Shown here piece by piece: positions 13,501-31,754 of a stretch of DNA of 64,000 nt. The translations under genes and the position numbers were made by a program. The DNA is from Balanoglossus misakiensis (Eukaryota > Animalia > Hemichordata). Position 1 is the first letter of the stretch; each line of letters opens with the position of its first letter. A model generated the notes under the pieces. That model saw nothing but the letters and a program-made list of their open reading frames with translations. It was not told the DNA's origin and did no database searches. The stretch is from the NCBI GenBank assembly GCA_040954595.2, contig CM082580.2, positions 10,704,390 to 10,768,389 on the forward strand, written 5' to 3'.

Positions 13501-14655
13501 ATTCTTGTCACTCAAGAATCAGCGCATATACACAGAGAAGTAGGTGTTTCTAGAAGGAGGTGCCTGCGTGGACCTTATCAGTTAATCTTAAAATTTACAA
13601 TTGGAAAAAAAAAACCTGAGCAACTGTTCTCTCGCGAGGAAAGCTGCATCGTGCATCTTCCCTAGAACAGCTGTAAATACTGCAGATTCATTCATCGCCA
13701 TCCGTGCAATGTTGAAGCCATTTTAGTTCACAATGTTCCACACGGTATATGCAACGTGCAGTGGGGCATCTACAGATAGAGCGGTTAAAGTGAATGTCCG
13801 CACAATGCCTATTTCAAATGAGGTGTCTTCTCGTGTGTGGTATTCATGAGACTGATGTCAGAAGCTTCGTGATTATCTTGTGATTTTGACACGGGAAGGA
13901 AGCAAGTGACATTGGCGGTAAAAATAACACTGACACAGGACACCGGTCTATATGTGGGATTTGGGTCTATCTGGTGCTTGTCAAGTTATCTGCCAGAGTT
14001 TTCACAACAGCTCTGCTGTAAGTTAATCTCACCGAGAGATCATTTGTCATTTCAGACCGCTCATATGGCACTTTACAGGATCATATAGGGTATATTTGGC
14101 GTTTGCGGATCAGCTGTGGCCGTATATCATTACGAGAAAACACATGCCTCGATAACTCCATCAAATTCGAACCTTCGCGAAGCGCACATCTCGTGTTTCG
14201 GTCATGACCTCGCGGGCAGACACAGAGAAGACCAGATGATTCAGTGTTATGATATATGCATAATTTAACCCAAAAAAATTGAACCGGCCCCATTATAAAA
14301 TATAATGAATTGCTGGGCTAGAACACAAACACACCCCGCTACTATCTTGCTCATTGCCCAAGTAAATCTTGCAAATCAAGGATAGACATTTTTTCATGCA
14401 ACACGTAAATTTTGTAACGAATGATACAGTCGGAAATATATTAATAATGAACAAACCAGATGGAGAGGGAGGAAGGGAGGGACCACGCAGGCAGGCAGAA
14501 GAGGAGGGGGGAGAGGTTTTGGTATCCATCTAATACCCACGTTGTATTAATGTTAAATTTCACTTCTATTTAAATTTGCAGTCATCTTCTCGAAGAACAC
14601 CAGGAAAGTATAAACCTCGCAACAAAGCACATCGGTGCGGTCTTTTAATTAAACG

Positions 14656-14985
14656 ATGGATCCCCGAAACATCCAAGCCTTTGTAACTGCTTCCAGCTTA
14701 ATAATGGAGCACAAACTCGCAACGAGGTTGAAAGCCATGGACGTGCTGCAATATTTGGTGCATTTCGGTCACCTGACGCCGATGGAGGGGAACTACATCG
14801 CCAGCGGCGCCACGGACAAAATCAAGACCGACAGACTGCTTGCGAAGATTAAGGAAAGAGGGGCTCATGGGTACTGGGCGCTGCGAGGAGCCATGGAGCT
14901 GTGCGGACCCAAATACAGCGACTTGGTCGAAGCAATAGACGTCTCAATGCCGCCTCAATCGCCGGGGCAGAGCTGGGGATATTGA
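14656..14985 (+). CDS. Small CARD (death-fold)-only protein
   Basis: 109-aa GC-richer ORF directly after an acceptor-bounded 5' exon segment (ttgcag ~14581); pattern L...L...DVLQYLV....LT..E...I....T...K..RLL..I..RG..GY..L..A..Y..L matches the CARD consensus. Confidence 0.75.
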   Translation: MDPRNIQAFVTASSLIMEHKLATRLKAMDVLQYLVHFGHLTPMEGNYIASGATDKIKTDRLLAKIKERGAHGYWALRGAMELCGPKYSDLVEAIDVSMPPQSPGQSWGY

Positions 14986-17590
14986 AACAAAAAGAAACTC
15001 GGATAGGGACAACAAGATGGGCGTTTGTAATAAAGAGAGATTCACTGAGGATTTCGCATTGGAGGAAGGGTGGGGGGGGGGGGGACAGATCTCTGAAATA
15101 TGCCAAGCACGACAGGCATGCGCAGAAGAGATGCCAGGAATTCCTTGTGAGACAGAATATCCCTGTGCACGTGATACCAGCTGCCATCAGCTGGGACTTG
15201 TTCTCAGTTATTGTGTCTGAACTGCATTGAAATTGTATGCAGCGATTCTCCAGCTGTTCGCCCAGTCATTCAACCACTCCGAGAGCCAAAACACGAAGTG
15301 CCATACCATCACATGCACGGGGCATTTGCAGGCTGTGTTTAGGTTCGTCCAACTGAAATTTGAAAGTGCGATTTCTGTTAAATTTACTGACATATTCTAT
15401 GGCTACAGCTATTTGTACGTTAAGATAGCAGCTTTTTGTTATTTTGTTTACGTCAGCTAAATTCCCAGGGCCAGCAAACGATGTTGTCAAAATAATCATA
15501 AGATTCAAAACATTTCGCGTTCAGAAACAGAGCGCCCGTAAGTTTATTATGCCATGGTGTGAAATCCGTACAGCAAGATGACTTCGGCATGGGCTCTACA
15601 GGAAGATGTTTCGGTTTCCTGAAAACAAAACGATGGATTCCCGTTTCATGTACATGTGGTTTTGAAAAGTTTCCAAACAATATTCTGAATATAGCTGGCG
15701 AACGCATATGTGCACAACTTTTATATTTAACTAGCTGCTCGCAAGGCGCAGTGCTATGCTACCTCACTTCTATAGAGCTGGGTGACCTTGCGAATATCAA
15801 GCGGTCGAGAAACTCCATATTGTGGTAATCCGATGCACGTTGACTCGAGCGAGCAGACTATGATTAACAGGAGCTACCCATATGTCGGATTCATGCGCGA
15901 TCAATTTGTCGAAAATAATTTTAACACATATCGCTTGTTTATCACATTTTCCATTTAGGTTTTTCTTACTATACTGCCTGATCTAGCAATGTGGCGAGTA
16001 AGGGGAGAAGCATTCGAAAATCTAACGTTTAAACAGCTTTTTGCAAAAAGGTTACGAAATCTAAAATATTTATTAGTAGTATAGAATCTAAAACCAGTTT
16101 GTTTCACGTCGCGCGATGAAATGAAGTTGACAGTGCAAAAGTCACGCAACACTTAAATCTAACTCCGAGAATGAAATACTTGGAATTATTCTCAGTGGAA
16201 ATGCTTCATCACTTCCAAGGCATCATGTTGACAAGAATTTACTTTTTTTATTCACCCGTTGAAACTGCATTTACTTATTTCAAACACTTCTTTGTATATG
16301 TTGTATCTTTCAATCTAATAGTTATAAAACCATGGCAACAGACTGAACTCTCGGTGTCTCCGTTTAATACTTGTATTGTACGGCACACGGAATAAAGTCA
16401 TGTTTTTTATTCTCAGATGAGATTGAACGATTCTTTGTGACTCCTTGTTGCAATGCGGCCTCGATCGAATCATCTGGATATGTACGTGCAAAGCGTTCTT
16501 TCATAGCATTGAACAGTCCGGAGGGGGGAAATGTATACGTGACATCCTGAAACACACTGTCCATGTACAACACCAAGACTGACGAAAGAAAATGAATATG
16601 CTTAACAGAATCGCTTTGTGATATAAGCTACGATGGCAATGGAAGAACACGTCTTCACCCGCCAAGGTCCCCTTCGTTAGGGAGACTGTGGTCGAGCTTT
16701 GACATGAAAAAAAATCAAGTCATTTATCTCGGCTCGTTTGAGAGCGCCCTCTAACGATAGTTTGGGTCCGGCACATTAAGTACAGATTTCAATGAGGGTG
16801 AGCTTAGGTGCCCTTCAATATAAAACACCCCAAGTTTTCTATTTACCATTTCAGTATTGAATTCCCAACTGCAGATGTCTTGATAAATTAGTTTTTATTC
16901 ATGGTGGTCAATTCTTTTTTTTTTTACACTGAGTACTGAAAGCATCTTCTATGGAGAATCTTTATTGCAATTATGCCAGCACCATTCTCACAGATGGAAC
17001 TGGGCAATATTGAAGAAATAAATGTATCCAGAAACCCAGAACAGAAAGTGTGTAACAGGTGGACAATAACAAAGACAACAACCCTATGTCCCCCGACTCT
17101 TGACATGAGATCATCCATTGTCATTGAGAACAATAGGGACGAACCAAGAGTCTTGTGACAAAAGGGATGAGTGATTGCAAGACATCAAAAAGTTATGATC
17201 AAGACCTCAAAACCAATAAAGCACATGTCCAGTACTGAACATACAGAATAATCAAAACAGATTGTGTAACACCAAAGCAAGTTCCCCCAGAATTGTACAA
17301 ATTCAACATCACACTGTTATAAAGATGAGTGTGGCAAACCCCATAAACTGAATATAGTTCCTTTAAATAAGATGTTCAAACAATATTACAAGGTTAAATT
17401 AATTCAGTAATTGTTCTTGAATAAAATGCTCCCACTACTAAAAGGTTGTATCTTCCCCTAAATGAGGGTTATACTCTTATTAAGTAATTCCACTGTAGTG
17501 CATTATTATTTGGAAAGAATATATCAATATTTCCTCATATTTTTCATCTTCCATAACATTAGCTGTTTTTTACATACAGAAGATTACATA

Positions 17591-17683
17591 GTGACCCTTT
17601 CACCACCATGGTTCAGTCAAAAGCGATTGTTTTCTATGGTAAGGTTGGACCTCTTAAGAGGAAACTGGGGGTGAAAGGGTTAA
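17591..17683. mobile_element. ~90-bp piggyBac-like MITE, copy 1 (left TTAA decayed)
   Basis: CCCTTTCACC...GGTGAAAGGG terminal inverted repeats followed by TTAA; clearly similar to the copies at 29596 and 32732. Confidence 0.75.
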
Positions 17684-18865
17684 TAATAAGATGTCAAGAT
17701 GTCTCAATATTGTGCAAGAAAACAAAGCTTCCCATGGTTTTCCAATCTTGTTATATAAATTTCAAATTTCCCTTTTTAAATAGTATCAAACCATGTAAAA
17801 ATAATCCATTACACGAACCATGAGATCCAAAAATATATTTGTGATCAACACTACATTAGAAGTTAGTGTACATTTAGCCAGCATAAAAATTGGTAAGTTT
17901 ACTTTACGATAGCACACGCGTATACACAGAAATAGACATCTCAATGACATGCAGGATTTGGATAACATTGTAACATTTAAAGGAAGTGATTATGCACACA
18001 TATTTTTCAACTAAATAAATACCACTGTGTACATGTACATGCGAGCCAAGAGCTTTAGGGTTTTATCTATTCCTGGCATTTTTGCAAGATTACTTCTTCC
18101 ATACACAGCAGAGCATGGAAACGTTAAAGGTGTACAGCCAAATTTTGCTATGGTAACCATAGAGGCGATGTCACCAATCACAGGTTTTTATCAGGGTGGC
18201 CAAGCAGAAAAGTGTGCCACCACATGGCCATTCAAAGATTACACACACCCACTTTAACAATACGTTTATGTACATATGTAAATTAGGTGACTGAACAATA
18301 TGCAAACATGGGGTATGTGATTACAGTGAAACCTTTTTAACCAAATCTCATGCCCACCCAATATTATCAAAAGACCTTCACAAACTGACTACCTCCACAA
18401 AACATCATAAAATAGTGTGGCACAGTGTATAGCTAAAGTCACAGAAAATCTAGGAATTTTGAGGATACTTCACAGCTGGTACAACCCAATTATGGCAATA
18501 TATCAAAAATAACAATCTTTGGTGAAACTTCTGTGGCATTACTTTCTCTGTGACATTTTTTATTAAAGTTTAATTTTGACTAACTGATTATGTCTAATAT
18601 TTCAATAAAAGGATTCCATTACCAAGTCAAGGTATGTTTGCATAATCATCCAACAGTTACTGGCATTCAACTACATGTCTTCACCCTTATTTTACATTAC
18701 AGCATAATCAGCAGCTTTTTATACGTGTTTTATTAATTCAGGATTGCTTAATAGGCCCAGACCAATCCAACTAAATGTAAATGTCAAAACTGCTGCTACT
18801 ATTGACACCAATTTATAACAATCTCTGAGTGAATCCAAAACACAGTCTTCACAACACAGAGTTTC

Positions 18866-21561
18866 TTACGAGTTTTCAAAACGGCTGTAGCCGGTATCAT
18901 CCTTCATCAACCCTGTAAATAGACAAGGATAAAGATAAATGTCTTGTTTACTTCCACACTTTTCCTCATGTTCTGTACATTTCAACCAAAAGACATGTAT
19001 GATATTAGTTACCAGTAACACTCTGATACAAATTAGACCTAACTGATGACTTGGTATTCACATAATGGTTACAGAAACCACAGTGATATAAAGGGATATC
19101 AAAAATACTTATGGGCACTCAGACTGAGAAGGATATCTAGAATAACACCCCATTAATCTGCTTACCGTATTTCCTTCTGATTTCATCATTTTTAGCTTTG
19201 CGCTCAGCTTTCCTAATGAAAGAACATAAAACATTTCTGTTAAAGCAACACTGCAACAAGACAATGAGGTCTTAATTAAAATTCAAAGTAGCATAAACAC
19301 AACTCAGGGTCACAAACCTTTCTTCCTGTCTCATGTTTCTTTCTTCCTTCTGACGTTCCTGTTTGGCATCTTCTTTAGCATATCTATAAATCAATTAACA
19401 AAAACAAGTCAAGTAACTTTACAGAACATTATTTCTCAGCTTTGAAACGGCAAAGACCTGTTTTACACTGCACATTCACGCATCTCATGCTAGGTATATG
19501 TCCCACTTGAAATTGCAGTATAATGCTGAAGATATACACACATTTTTCTTGGATGGCAAACAAAAAATAAAAAGGTGACTGAACAGACAGGATTCATAGC
19601 AATTTAATAATTGGTACGGTATAACCCTATAGAATTCTTACTTCTTTCTATTGCTCTTTGATCTGCAGCAGCAACAGTATACACAGCAGCAACAACTGAT
19701 GAGAAGAACACCAGCAATAACGCCCATAGAAATAATTAGGGCTTCGAAATTCACTGAAAAAAAGAGTAAATGAAAATAAATCATAAATAACAGTATTCTT
19801 ACTAGTTGGTGTATAGACCATAACAACTATGCATCTATTCTATGATGTAATTATAACAGAAAATTATAGTAATTCGAAATGCAACTTACACCAGCATTCC
19901 AGCCATCTTGCGGCTGATAAATCACAGTCTTTGGTTGGTAAAATGTCCCCAACTGGATAAAGTGCACAAACACTCCCTGTATTGCACCAGTAACACTATA
20001 ATTAAACAGGTCAGAGGTAAGAAAGTGAAAACGACAGCTTGGGTTGAGGGCTTAGCCTTACATGCAGACATTATCTCAGAAAAATGTACAAATACTTCAA
20101 TAATACTGTTAAGAGGTTATGAAATATTCAGCATCACAAATGGACAAACAGTAAACGGTACAAAATGAAATGAAAGATGGTGAGAGAGCAAATTACTCAT
20201 GGCCCATTTCAAACACCCTGGTTCAGAGATATTAATGGCATCAGATTTACTTAAACTTACAGAAATATTTTTGAGGCAACTGTCACAGGTAGTCCTAGTA
20301 ACACACTCTGTAAGAAAGATAGAATACATGTATGCATAAAATATCCCCAAAAAGTTTGGTAGTACATGTACTATTGAAAAGGAAACATGTCTACAATGTA
20401 CGTGTATGCTCACACCATATTTTGATTTCAGATCAGCCGAAACCGAACAAAGATATGGTGCCCTTGTCATACCAGTACATGAATGCTTTATTCTCATTGA
20501 TAGGAATTTCTGTGTATCGGTATTTTCCCCTTTGATTACTGCACAGCCAGTAGCAATGGCTTAATCCTTGACCAAAACAATGAGGTCCACACATAGACAG
20601 GTAGCCATGACGCAGTGAGTCATTGCTCATCTGCACTGAGGTAATCAACAACATATAAATAGTACTACATGTACATGTAGTTCAACTTCATATACTCCCA
20701 CCTTTTGACTGGCCATTGGTATGGGCCAGGCCTCTATTTACTTTTCACAATTTATTCGTTTATTTTTATTTGCTAATAAGTAATAATTCTTACTATAGCT
20801 CATACATTTAAGATGACTTGCCAAACAGAAGATATCCCTACAGTACAGTAGTCAATTAGTGTTTATCCACATAATTCAGTAACTTTTCGTGTTATCACTA
20901 CAAATACAATGCATTGTAGTCTTGTTTATTTCGTTACATTTTAAATTGTCAATATTTCTAACCCGGTCTGTGGCTAGCAGTGCTACCCTGTTCTGTATGC
21001 AGAAAAAATCAGACTGCTTTCGTGTGACAATCGATTCGTGTACGCCCCCCGGAACATGTCCTCATAAAATATCCCCTTACAATACATGCACGCCAATCAA
21101 CATTCACTTTAGCCATGGCTGATCACACCCGCTTTCAACTAGATACCCCACAAGAAATAAAACCAACAAATAAACGTGGAAAGCAGAAACATACGTTAAT
21201 TGTACATTTATAGAAATATGACAAGGATATCCGGAATTCGAATCAGACTGTGTTACGAGCGATGATGTATCTACTTCCGTCTTCGTTCAGCTTTGTCTGA
21301 AACTGACATTGACAACATAGGCATGTGACCATTCTGAATCACATGACGGCGACCATAAATAAAGACGACTTAAAATCCAAATCGCTAAAAATTCAAATTG
21401 ACACCTAAAAAACGGAGAAACTTACCAACACCAGGAGCGGACGTTGGTTGTGAAGGAGGTGCGGATGTTTTTGAGCTTCGTGGTGTGGTTGATGCACCAC
21501 TCACCAAAACGCTATATAGCGTAAAACTCAAGACAAAAAGGATAATATTTCTTCGTATCAT
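18866..21561 (-). CDS. PTTG1IP: PTTG1-interacting protein (PSI domain, TM, Cys-rich, coiled tail)
   Basis: Spliced: MIRRNIILFVLSF.. / ECVTRTTCDSCLKNIS / CYWCNTG..C.LYP..ARWLECW / NFEALIISMGVIAG..CCCC / YAKEDAKQERQKEER / RKAKNDEIRRKYG / LMKDDTGYSRFENS*; the NFEALII, IRxKYGL and YxRF motifs are diagnostic. Confidence 0.92.
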
Positions 21562-21704
21562 GGTGGGACGCTGACCATGGACCTTCTATTTACTAAATAT
21601 CGCGTTACTGTAACTCTAAATAATATTTAAAGTGCGAAAAACAGGAAATGTATCACCGTCTGTGTCGTCACAGTACTTCAACTCTCGTACGATTACATAT
21701 ACTG

Positions 21705-21716
21705 CAAGATGGCGGC
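21705..21716 (+). promoter_or_regulatory. YY1 consensus site in the PTTG1IP promoter
   Basis: Exact CAAGATGGCGGC about 145 bp upstream of the start codon. Confidence 0.5.
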
Positions 21717-22619
21717 TCTGAAGCCTCATCACTCGCGGATTGTTTTTATAAAGTAATATTTTCGCAATCCCACACCATTTCGCAAATTTGGTATCTTTTC
21801 TAATCAAAAACTCCCGAATTACATAGAACTCCTCATATATATGAGAAATGTAGTTGTATTTTTGTAATAAAACTTCGAACTAGTTTCTTGTGTCATGATA
21901 CATGTGTGTGGTCAGCCATGTTGACAATGACGTCATATGGAGAGGTCATCCGACTATTCCTGTGTTGTCATTGGTTTGGTTATTTGTTTTGAATACTTGT
22001 GTGGAAAAAAACGGAACTTGTTTTGTTGGTGCAGAACAACCTAAATGTCAATCCTGTCTGGTGAGCTCCGTTTCACCCAGTGCAGATACAAAAAGGACCT
22101 TTACAGAAAAATCACACACTTTAAAATCTGTTGTATTCTTTTATTTCAACTTCTTTTTTGAAGCCAACAACTGTTAGATCCCATGAAATACATTTGGTTG
22201 CATCCTAAAAGACAAGATTAAGCTTCTGTTGCTTCAATCAGCAAAATGGGAAACACTTGAAAAATTCTCGAAAGTTGCCCATGTAAAACAGCGTGTCTAA
22301 ATCAGCATGGTCAAGTTGTTACAGTCCCTGTCAGAAAATACTATGTACATTTTTGAGTGTTCACTTGACAACCCAATGGATAACACCCCAAAATCTGGAA
22401 TTGAAACGACACATTCTGATGAAGGAATTAAGTTTCTCTCTCATCCTCTGATGGAAAAGATTCTTTCTGTTTTTCTTTATTTCTGGTGAATGGGGAGGAT
22501 GAATAAAAAAAAACATTTTGCAACAATGGCCACGAAACACTGAGAGATTGGTCTGATAATCTACACAAGCTCAGTAAAAATCAAGTTTGTGTCTAATCTA
22601 GAATACAAAAAATAATAAG

Positions 22620-26394
<3,775 letters not shown>

Positions 26395-27341
26395 TTTGTC
26401 TGTCGTTTGTTTGAGAAATCGTGCCTCCAGTCATAAATACTCGGCTTATCGATGGGGGCGCTCTCCACTGCTCACACACAGATCACTGCCGCACTTTATT
26501 TTTGTCGCATTAATTTATTTCGATCAACATTTAAAAGACTTTTGTGTTGGAGCCTCTAAACAAGATAATGGTACTAAAAAAGATATACCTTTACATGTAC
26601 TTCAAGGAATGACAATAACCAAGTTATCAAAACACAAGAAATACATAACAGACAAGTAAATAACTTTACAAGTTATCGACAAATAAATTCTCAAGATTGA
26701 GACCTCAGCTCATCAGTACAAACAATGTAAAACAATAAAGGAGATAAAATACTTTCTTTTTACTTGAGCTAATGTTGAAAAAAGCATGTCCACACTTGAA
26801 AACACTTGAAGATTCACTGAAAGCTTTGCATTTGGTCATATTCTAAAACTTTCCACTTCTATAATTGCTTTCCCATTTAGCCTTGAATGTTATGGGTGGA
26901 ACCAATTGTGCATAAAATGGAGGTGAAATGGCAAATCTTTCATCCTCTGTTTGGGAGTATACCTCATGGTGACAAAAGTCAGGTTTCGAAGGTTGAAAGA
27001 TCAATATGCCACAATATATTTCTCTGAATACACTCAGAAGTGGCAGTCAAGAAATACTGACAGTAAACAACTAATAAATATTATATATAATAAAACATAC
27101 AATTGGCAAATTTCTTGCTCACTCAAAGAGTCTCATTTGGCCAACTAAACACACTGACTTCCTATCATCCTCCATAAATACAACACTCCTGTCTTTATTT
27201 GCTTCTTTGCAGCATTATGATTTAGTGTCTCAAACACAGTACTGTTGTTCTATAATGAAGTTTTAATATTGATTTATAAACTTGATTCTCTTACACCTTC
27301 TAATCTGATACAAATTCTACAAACATGGCCACCCTATGTTA

Positions 27342-30300
27342 CTATGGTAACCTCTGTCTATGTAGTTCTGCACCAGCCACTTGTTTTATGATACTATCTG
27401 TCACCTCTCTTCCTGTTCTCAGGATTTCCTCCGGTAGAAGTGACATCACTGTTTTCACCTGGAAAATTCAATATGTTTGACTGTCAGTACATATATATGC
27501 TGTATAAAAGAAAATATCAATTGGACAAAATCTGACAAATACATTTCAAGCTGTTCAACGCTGATATGATTTCTCAAAAATGCTCGAGATATTGATTTTA
27601 ATTAGTCACAACATAAATTATTAAACATTAATTTGGAATGTATGTATGACTAATTTATAGCTTGCAGAGTCATTTGTGTGATCCTTTCACTGCCAGCTTG
27701 GTTCAACCCTATTGTTGTCAATGATATGGTTGACCCCATTCAAATGACAATCAGAGACAAGAAATCTTTAGGGTCAGCTGAACACTGTATATGCACTCAG
27801 GCAATATCATTCATTCATTGATGTGCATACCTGTTCATGAGGTGACATCGTTTCAAAACCTTCTGGTAGCTCTTGGTCTTGAAGATTGTCTGCTTTTATG
27901 ATTTCATGCAGGACAATGCTAGACAGAGAACAATTGATACACATAAAATGGAGTATGAAATTATATTTATTTCGTCATTCATTCATTCATTCATTCATTC
28001 ACTCACTCATTCACCCACTCTCTCACTCTCTCACTCACCCACTCACACACAATTAGAGCAATGTAGGTTGGACATAAATCCCTTTGGCAGAGATCAGTAA
28101 CTTAAAAGTACCTCATGTCATGTGGAAAACTTTTCATCACCATTGGCAAATACAACATTGTCATTTTTGAAGTGACTTACTCATAGTTATTTCTGTTCAT
28201 GACTTGGCTGCTAATTGCCATGGTTTCTTCCACGTTGTACGCCTGATGGAACCATCCCGTTGGTATCAAGAGCAGCTCTCCAGGATACTGGTCAAATTCC
28301 ATGGCTCTGGCTTGTCTGAATTTGGGATACTTCTTCCAGTCCACATCCTGGGTGTCTATCGGGCTTCAAAAAGTTGAATGATCCAGAATTATCATGACAT
28401 CTTTACAAACCTATCTTTTGAGAACATAATCACAGAACTTCATGACCTCTGCAATTTAAGAGATTTAGCAGTACAAAACTGAGACATTTTTATTTCAATT
28501 AAGCAATGAAGTGTCTAAACAATTTTGGTGGGAGAAAGCCTTGTCCTTACCTATTATATTTGTAACACTCCAGAGGGAATCCTGATCTCTGATCTTCAAA
28601 GACATAGAGATAATCATCTTGACCTGGTGGGTACAGCTTCCATCTTTTGAGACCTTTTAGGACAGCGTTTGTGCCGGTCCAATTGTAGGGATCTGATAAT
28701 AGGTAACAATGAAGATTATTGGGTACCTTACGTGTGTTTCAAATTACATGGTATCTCTCTTCCAGTTATACTCACCTATGTGTAATGATGATCTGGAATG
28801 TGCTGTTCCCCATAGCAACATCGCATTCCAGGGCTGTACCTCCTCTGGGAACAACTGAAAAAAATCTTCCTTTAAATAAATCTGGTGACAAAAAAAGAAA
28901 ATAACGCATTTAACTATAGTATAACATGGTACTGCTTTTTCCTTTTAGCCAAATTCCATCTGCTAAAACTGTCTGAAATACATGTATTACCCCACGTGGA
29001 AGGACTCTTTATAGCAATGACAAGAAAGTTACTTGGTAATTATGGCAAAACTCTATGAAAACTATGGTAATGTAAAACTCAGTGCATGCACAGTTTGCTA
29101 CAGAGTCATTCTACGAATACTAGCTCTGTCACATATCAGTCATGCTAAGTAAACTCCAGCTGTTGAACAGTTGTGCGTGTGAATGAAAAGCAGGTGTTAA
29201 TTTGTACTGTGAACTTCAGAAACAATCTGCACGCAATACCATATTTAGGAAAATAAAAAAAGGAAAATTCATTATATGGCAACTGATTCAAAGCACACAT
29301 GTCACCAAAACAAATCTGATAAATGATGACCAGCCTTAGATGCATTCACTCATATGAACCAGCTGCTATAACTCGCACCATGGCTGGATTACCACAGGAT
29401 TATACTGTCACTTCAAAATACATGCACATCATTCAATATGTCACATTAATTTTGTTTAGCAATGATGCATGTTTGACTTATTGTGTGTGTGTGTGGCTAT
29501 CAATATTGCAAACTAACAGAGGTCAGTAGAGCTAGAAAGCGAAAAAACAACAACCTTGTGCCGAGTAAGGATCTCAACTTCAAAGCCAAAGAAGTTTAAC
29601 CCTGTCACCAACATGGTTCAGTCCAAACCCATTGTTTTCTATGGTAAGTTTGGACCCCTTTAGAGGGAACTGGGGGTGAAAGGGTTAATCTTTACACAAT
29701 AGCAACTCACCACTTCTTTGATATCCTTCATCAGCTCCGGTCTCTGTTTGATGAACAATTCATCTTCCAAGTATGTCCACACATGTGGCCTGCCCTCGTG
29801 GACATGATCAGCGAAGAGATGCAGAGGCAAGGCCAGACCTTCAGCTTTGCTCATTTTCCCCTGAGGGTGAAGATTAAAATGTGCACAAGATTAGTTACAC
29901 CTTGGAGGTACACAGAATACACTCACATTTAGAGCTTATAGTATATTTTTCATTTGCTGAGGTACACCAAAACAGCTTTCAACTATAATTTATTCTTCAT
30001 GTTTTGTAATAACTACTTTTTGTAAGCCTGCACATATCAATGGGTTTGGTCAGGTAAAAGTAAGACATATAAGTTACCTCCACTGCTTTCATGGTTATTC
30101 GGGCTTCACCATAGTTCTTCCTAAAAAATTCTTTGGACCATTTCTTGAAAGCGGGCCATTTTGTCACCACATCTGTCACAATGACTGGCCTATATAGTGA
30201 CAGAAAACAAAGACTGCCTTAGGAAAAGTGGATCCAAATGAACAAAGACATCCAGGGGTCAGAGGTTACTGGACTGGTGCCTTTTTTATGCTTGGCAATT

Positions 30301-30832
30301 TGATTGGTGCGATGAATGGGTGAATGCAAGAGCAACTGGAGGATTAATAATGAAGGTTTATGGCAGGACTACTGAAAGTATGTTTCGGGACCAATGGATA
30401 CACCTTGGATCTTTAACCACCACAAACGTACCATTTGGCATCATACACATCCAGGTATTCTTGCAAACTAAGATTTGATCTTCTATCGATACGGTCTAAT
30501 GTATAAGTCACATTGTAGAATGCTAATTTTTCCTCCAAGCTGAGTTCAGGCCCGGAGGAGTCATCTCCTGCTGTCATCTGTGTTGTGGGCTGCAGCGCTT
30601 GCAAATGGGTTTGAAACCTCCACACTGCAGTGCCAACTGCGGCTAAAATAGCAACTGCTACAATCAGAATCCAAAAGTGTGTTTTCCACCACGACTCAGC
30701 ATTCTCACTGATTCCTGGCTTCAGTATCTTTTCACTTTTCTGCTGGTCTTTCTCGTGTCCTCTCTCTTGACTTGATTTCTTGTTGTTCTTCTGCTGTGCC
30801 TTGTTCCGTCGTTTTATGGTCATCTTTTTCAT
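27342..30832 (-). CDS. Membrane-anchored JmjC-domain 2-oxoglutarate/Fe dioxygenase (JMJD4/6/8-like)
   Basis: Basic N-terminus, TM FWILIVAVAILAAVGTAVW, IDRRSNLS..PVIVTD..W, SSLHIDP (HxD), KRWKLYPP, QYPGELLLIPTGWFHQAYN (distal His); GT-AG exons through to a stop at 27342. Confidence 0.88.
29596..29688. mobile_element. ~90-bp piggyBac-like MITE, copy 2 (JmjC intron)
   Basis: TTAA-CCCTGTCACC...GGTGAAAGGG-TTAA. Confidence 0.8.
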
Positions 30833-31199
30833 GTATGTTTTAGTGCTGCATCAGAGATATGTCCTAAACAAATCTAAAACCTGGGCAGCATTTCTGAAAT
30901 TTTAAGAATATCACAGAAGTCTGCTACACATATAAATAATAAATAATAAGCTAGTACTTATTTATCAGTGTCATCGAATGCACGTATATTATAAACACAT
31001 AGCATTATGCGGTTTCCACAGTGACCATTTTGCTCAACATTGAATATAAATTGTTTCTCATCATTGAAGTGTTTGAGATCACCTTTGGTCCTTCCCACAT
31101 GTATACCGTGCTTTAGATGTGTTGTTGAGGTAATTTTAGAATGATCAATGGCAACATTCAGTCATAGTAAGCAGAGTTTTACACGGCTCACTCACACCT

Positions 31200-31754
31200 G
31201 TCGCAATCATCATGATCAGGGCGACCACTTTATCATCATATTCAGTGCAGAGTCGAGTCCACCAAGATGCATTCATCATGTTCATTGCAGCGTTGTCAAC
31301 TGAAGTGATGAAAGTGAAACTTACATTGCAATATCATTCCTTCCGGGTACACCACGACTACATGTTTGTGTTTTCAACGGAGATCTTAGAACTCAAAATT
31401 ATCTCATCTCATCGACACTGCAAACTCGTAAGTGCGCCCGTTGCATCCACCGTGACGTGGGGGCGTGGTTGTCAGTGAAGCGTTGTCAACAACGCTTACC
31501 TACGGCAACTCATTGGTGGGTCAAAGGTCAGTGTTTTAAACGTATACTGAACTATAAAACATAACATTGCTAAACTTTACTTTTCGAAAATTTCAGAGAG
31601 ACAAAACATTCTTACGATTTATTGTAAAAGTGTGAAGATTGTAATAGCTTTAGTCTCGTTATTGGATTTATCTATTGGAAATGCCAAAGTGCTTATTTAT
31701 AGTTTCCATTCCCGTTTAAAACCAGGAAGTCCGCAGAAGGTCTTCATTATAAAC
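31200..31754. promoter_or_regulatory. Putative bidirectional promoter between the JmjC gene and the TBC1D2-like gene
   Basis: Divergent start codons ~920 bp apart; TGACGT/GGGGCGTGG at ~31453-31468, ATTGG at ~31513, CCAGGAAGT at ~31722. Confidence 0.5.

Noticed and set aside
16364-16580. Protein-like minus-strand ORF with a plausible acceptor (VLYMDSVFQDVTYTFPP..)
   Set aside because: No recognisable domain, donor or partner exons.
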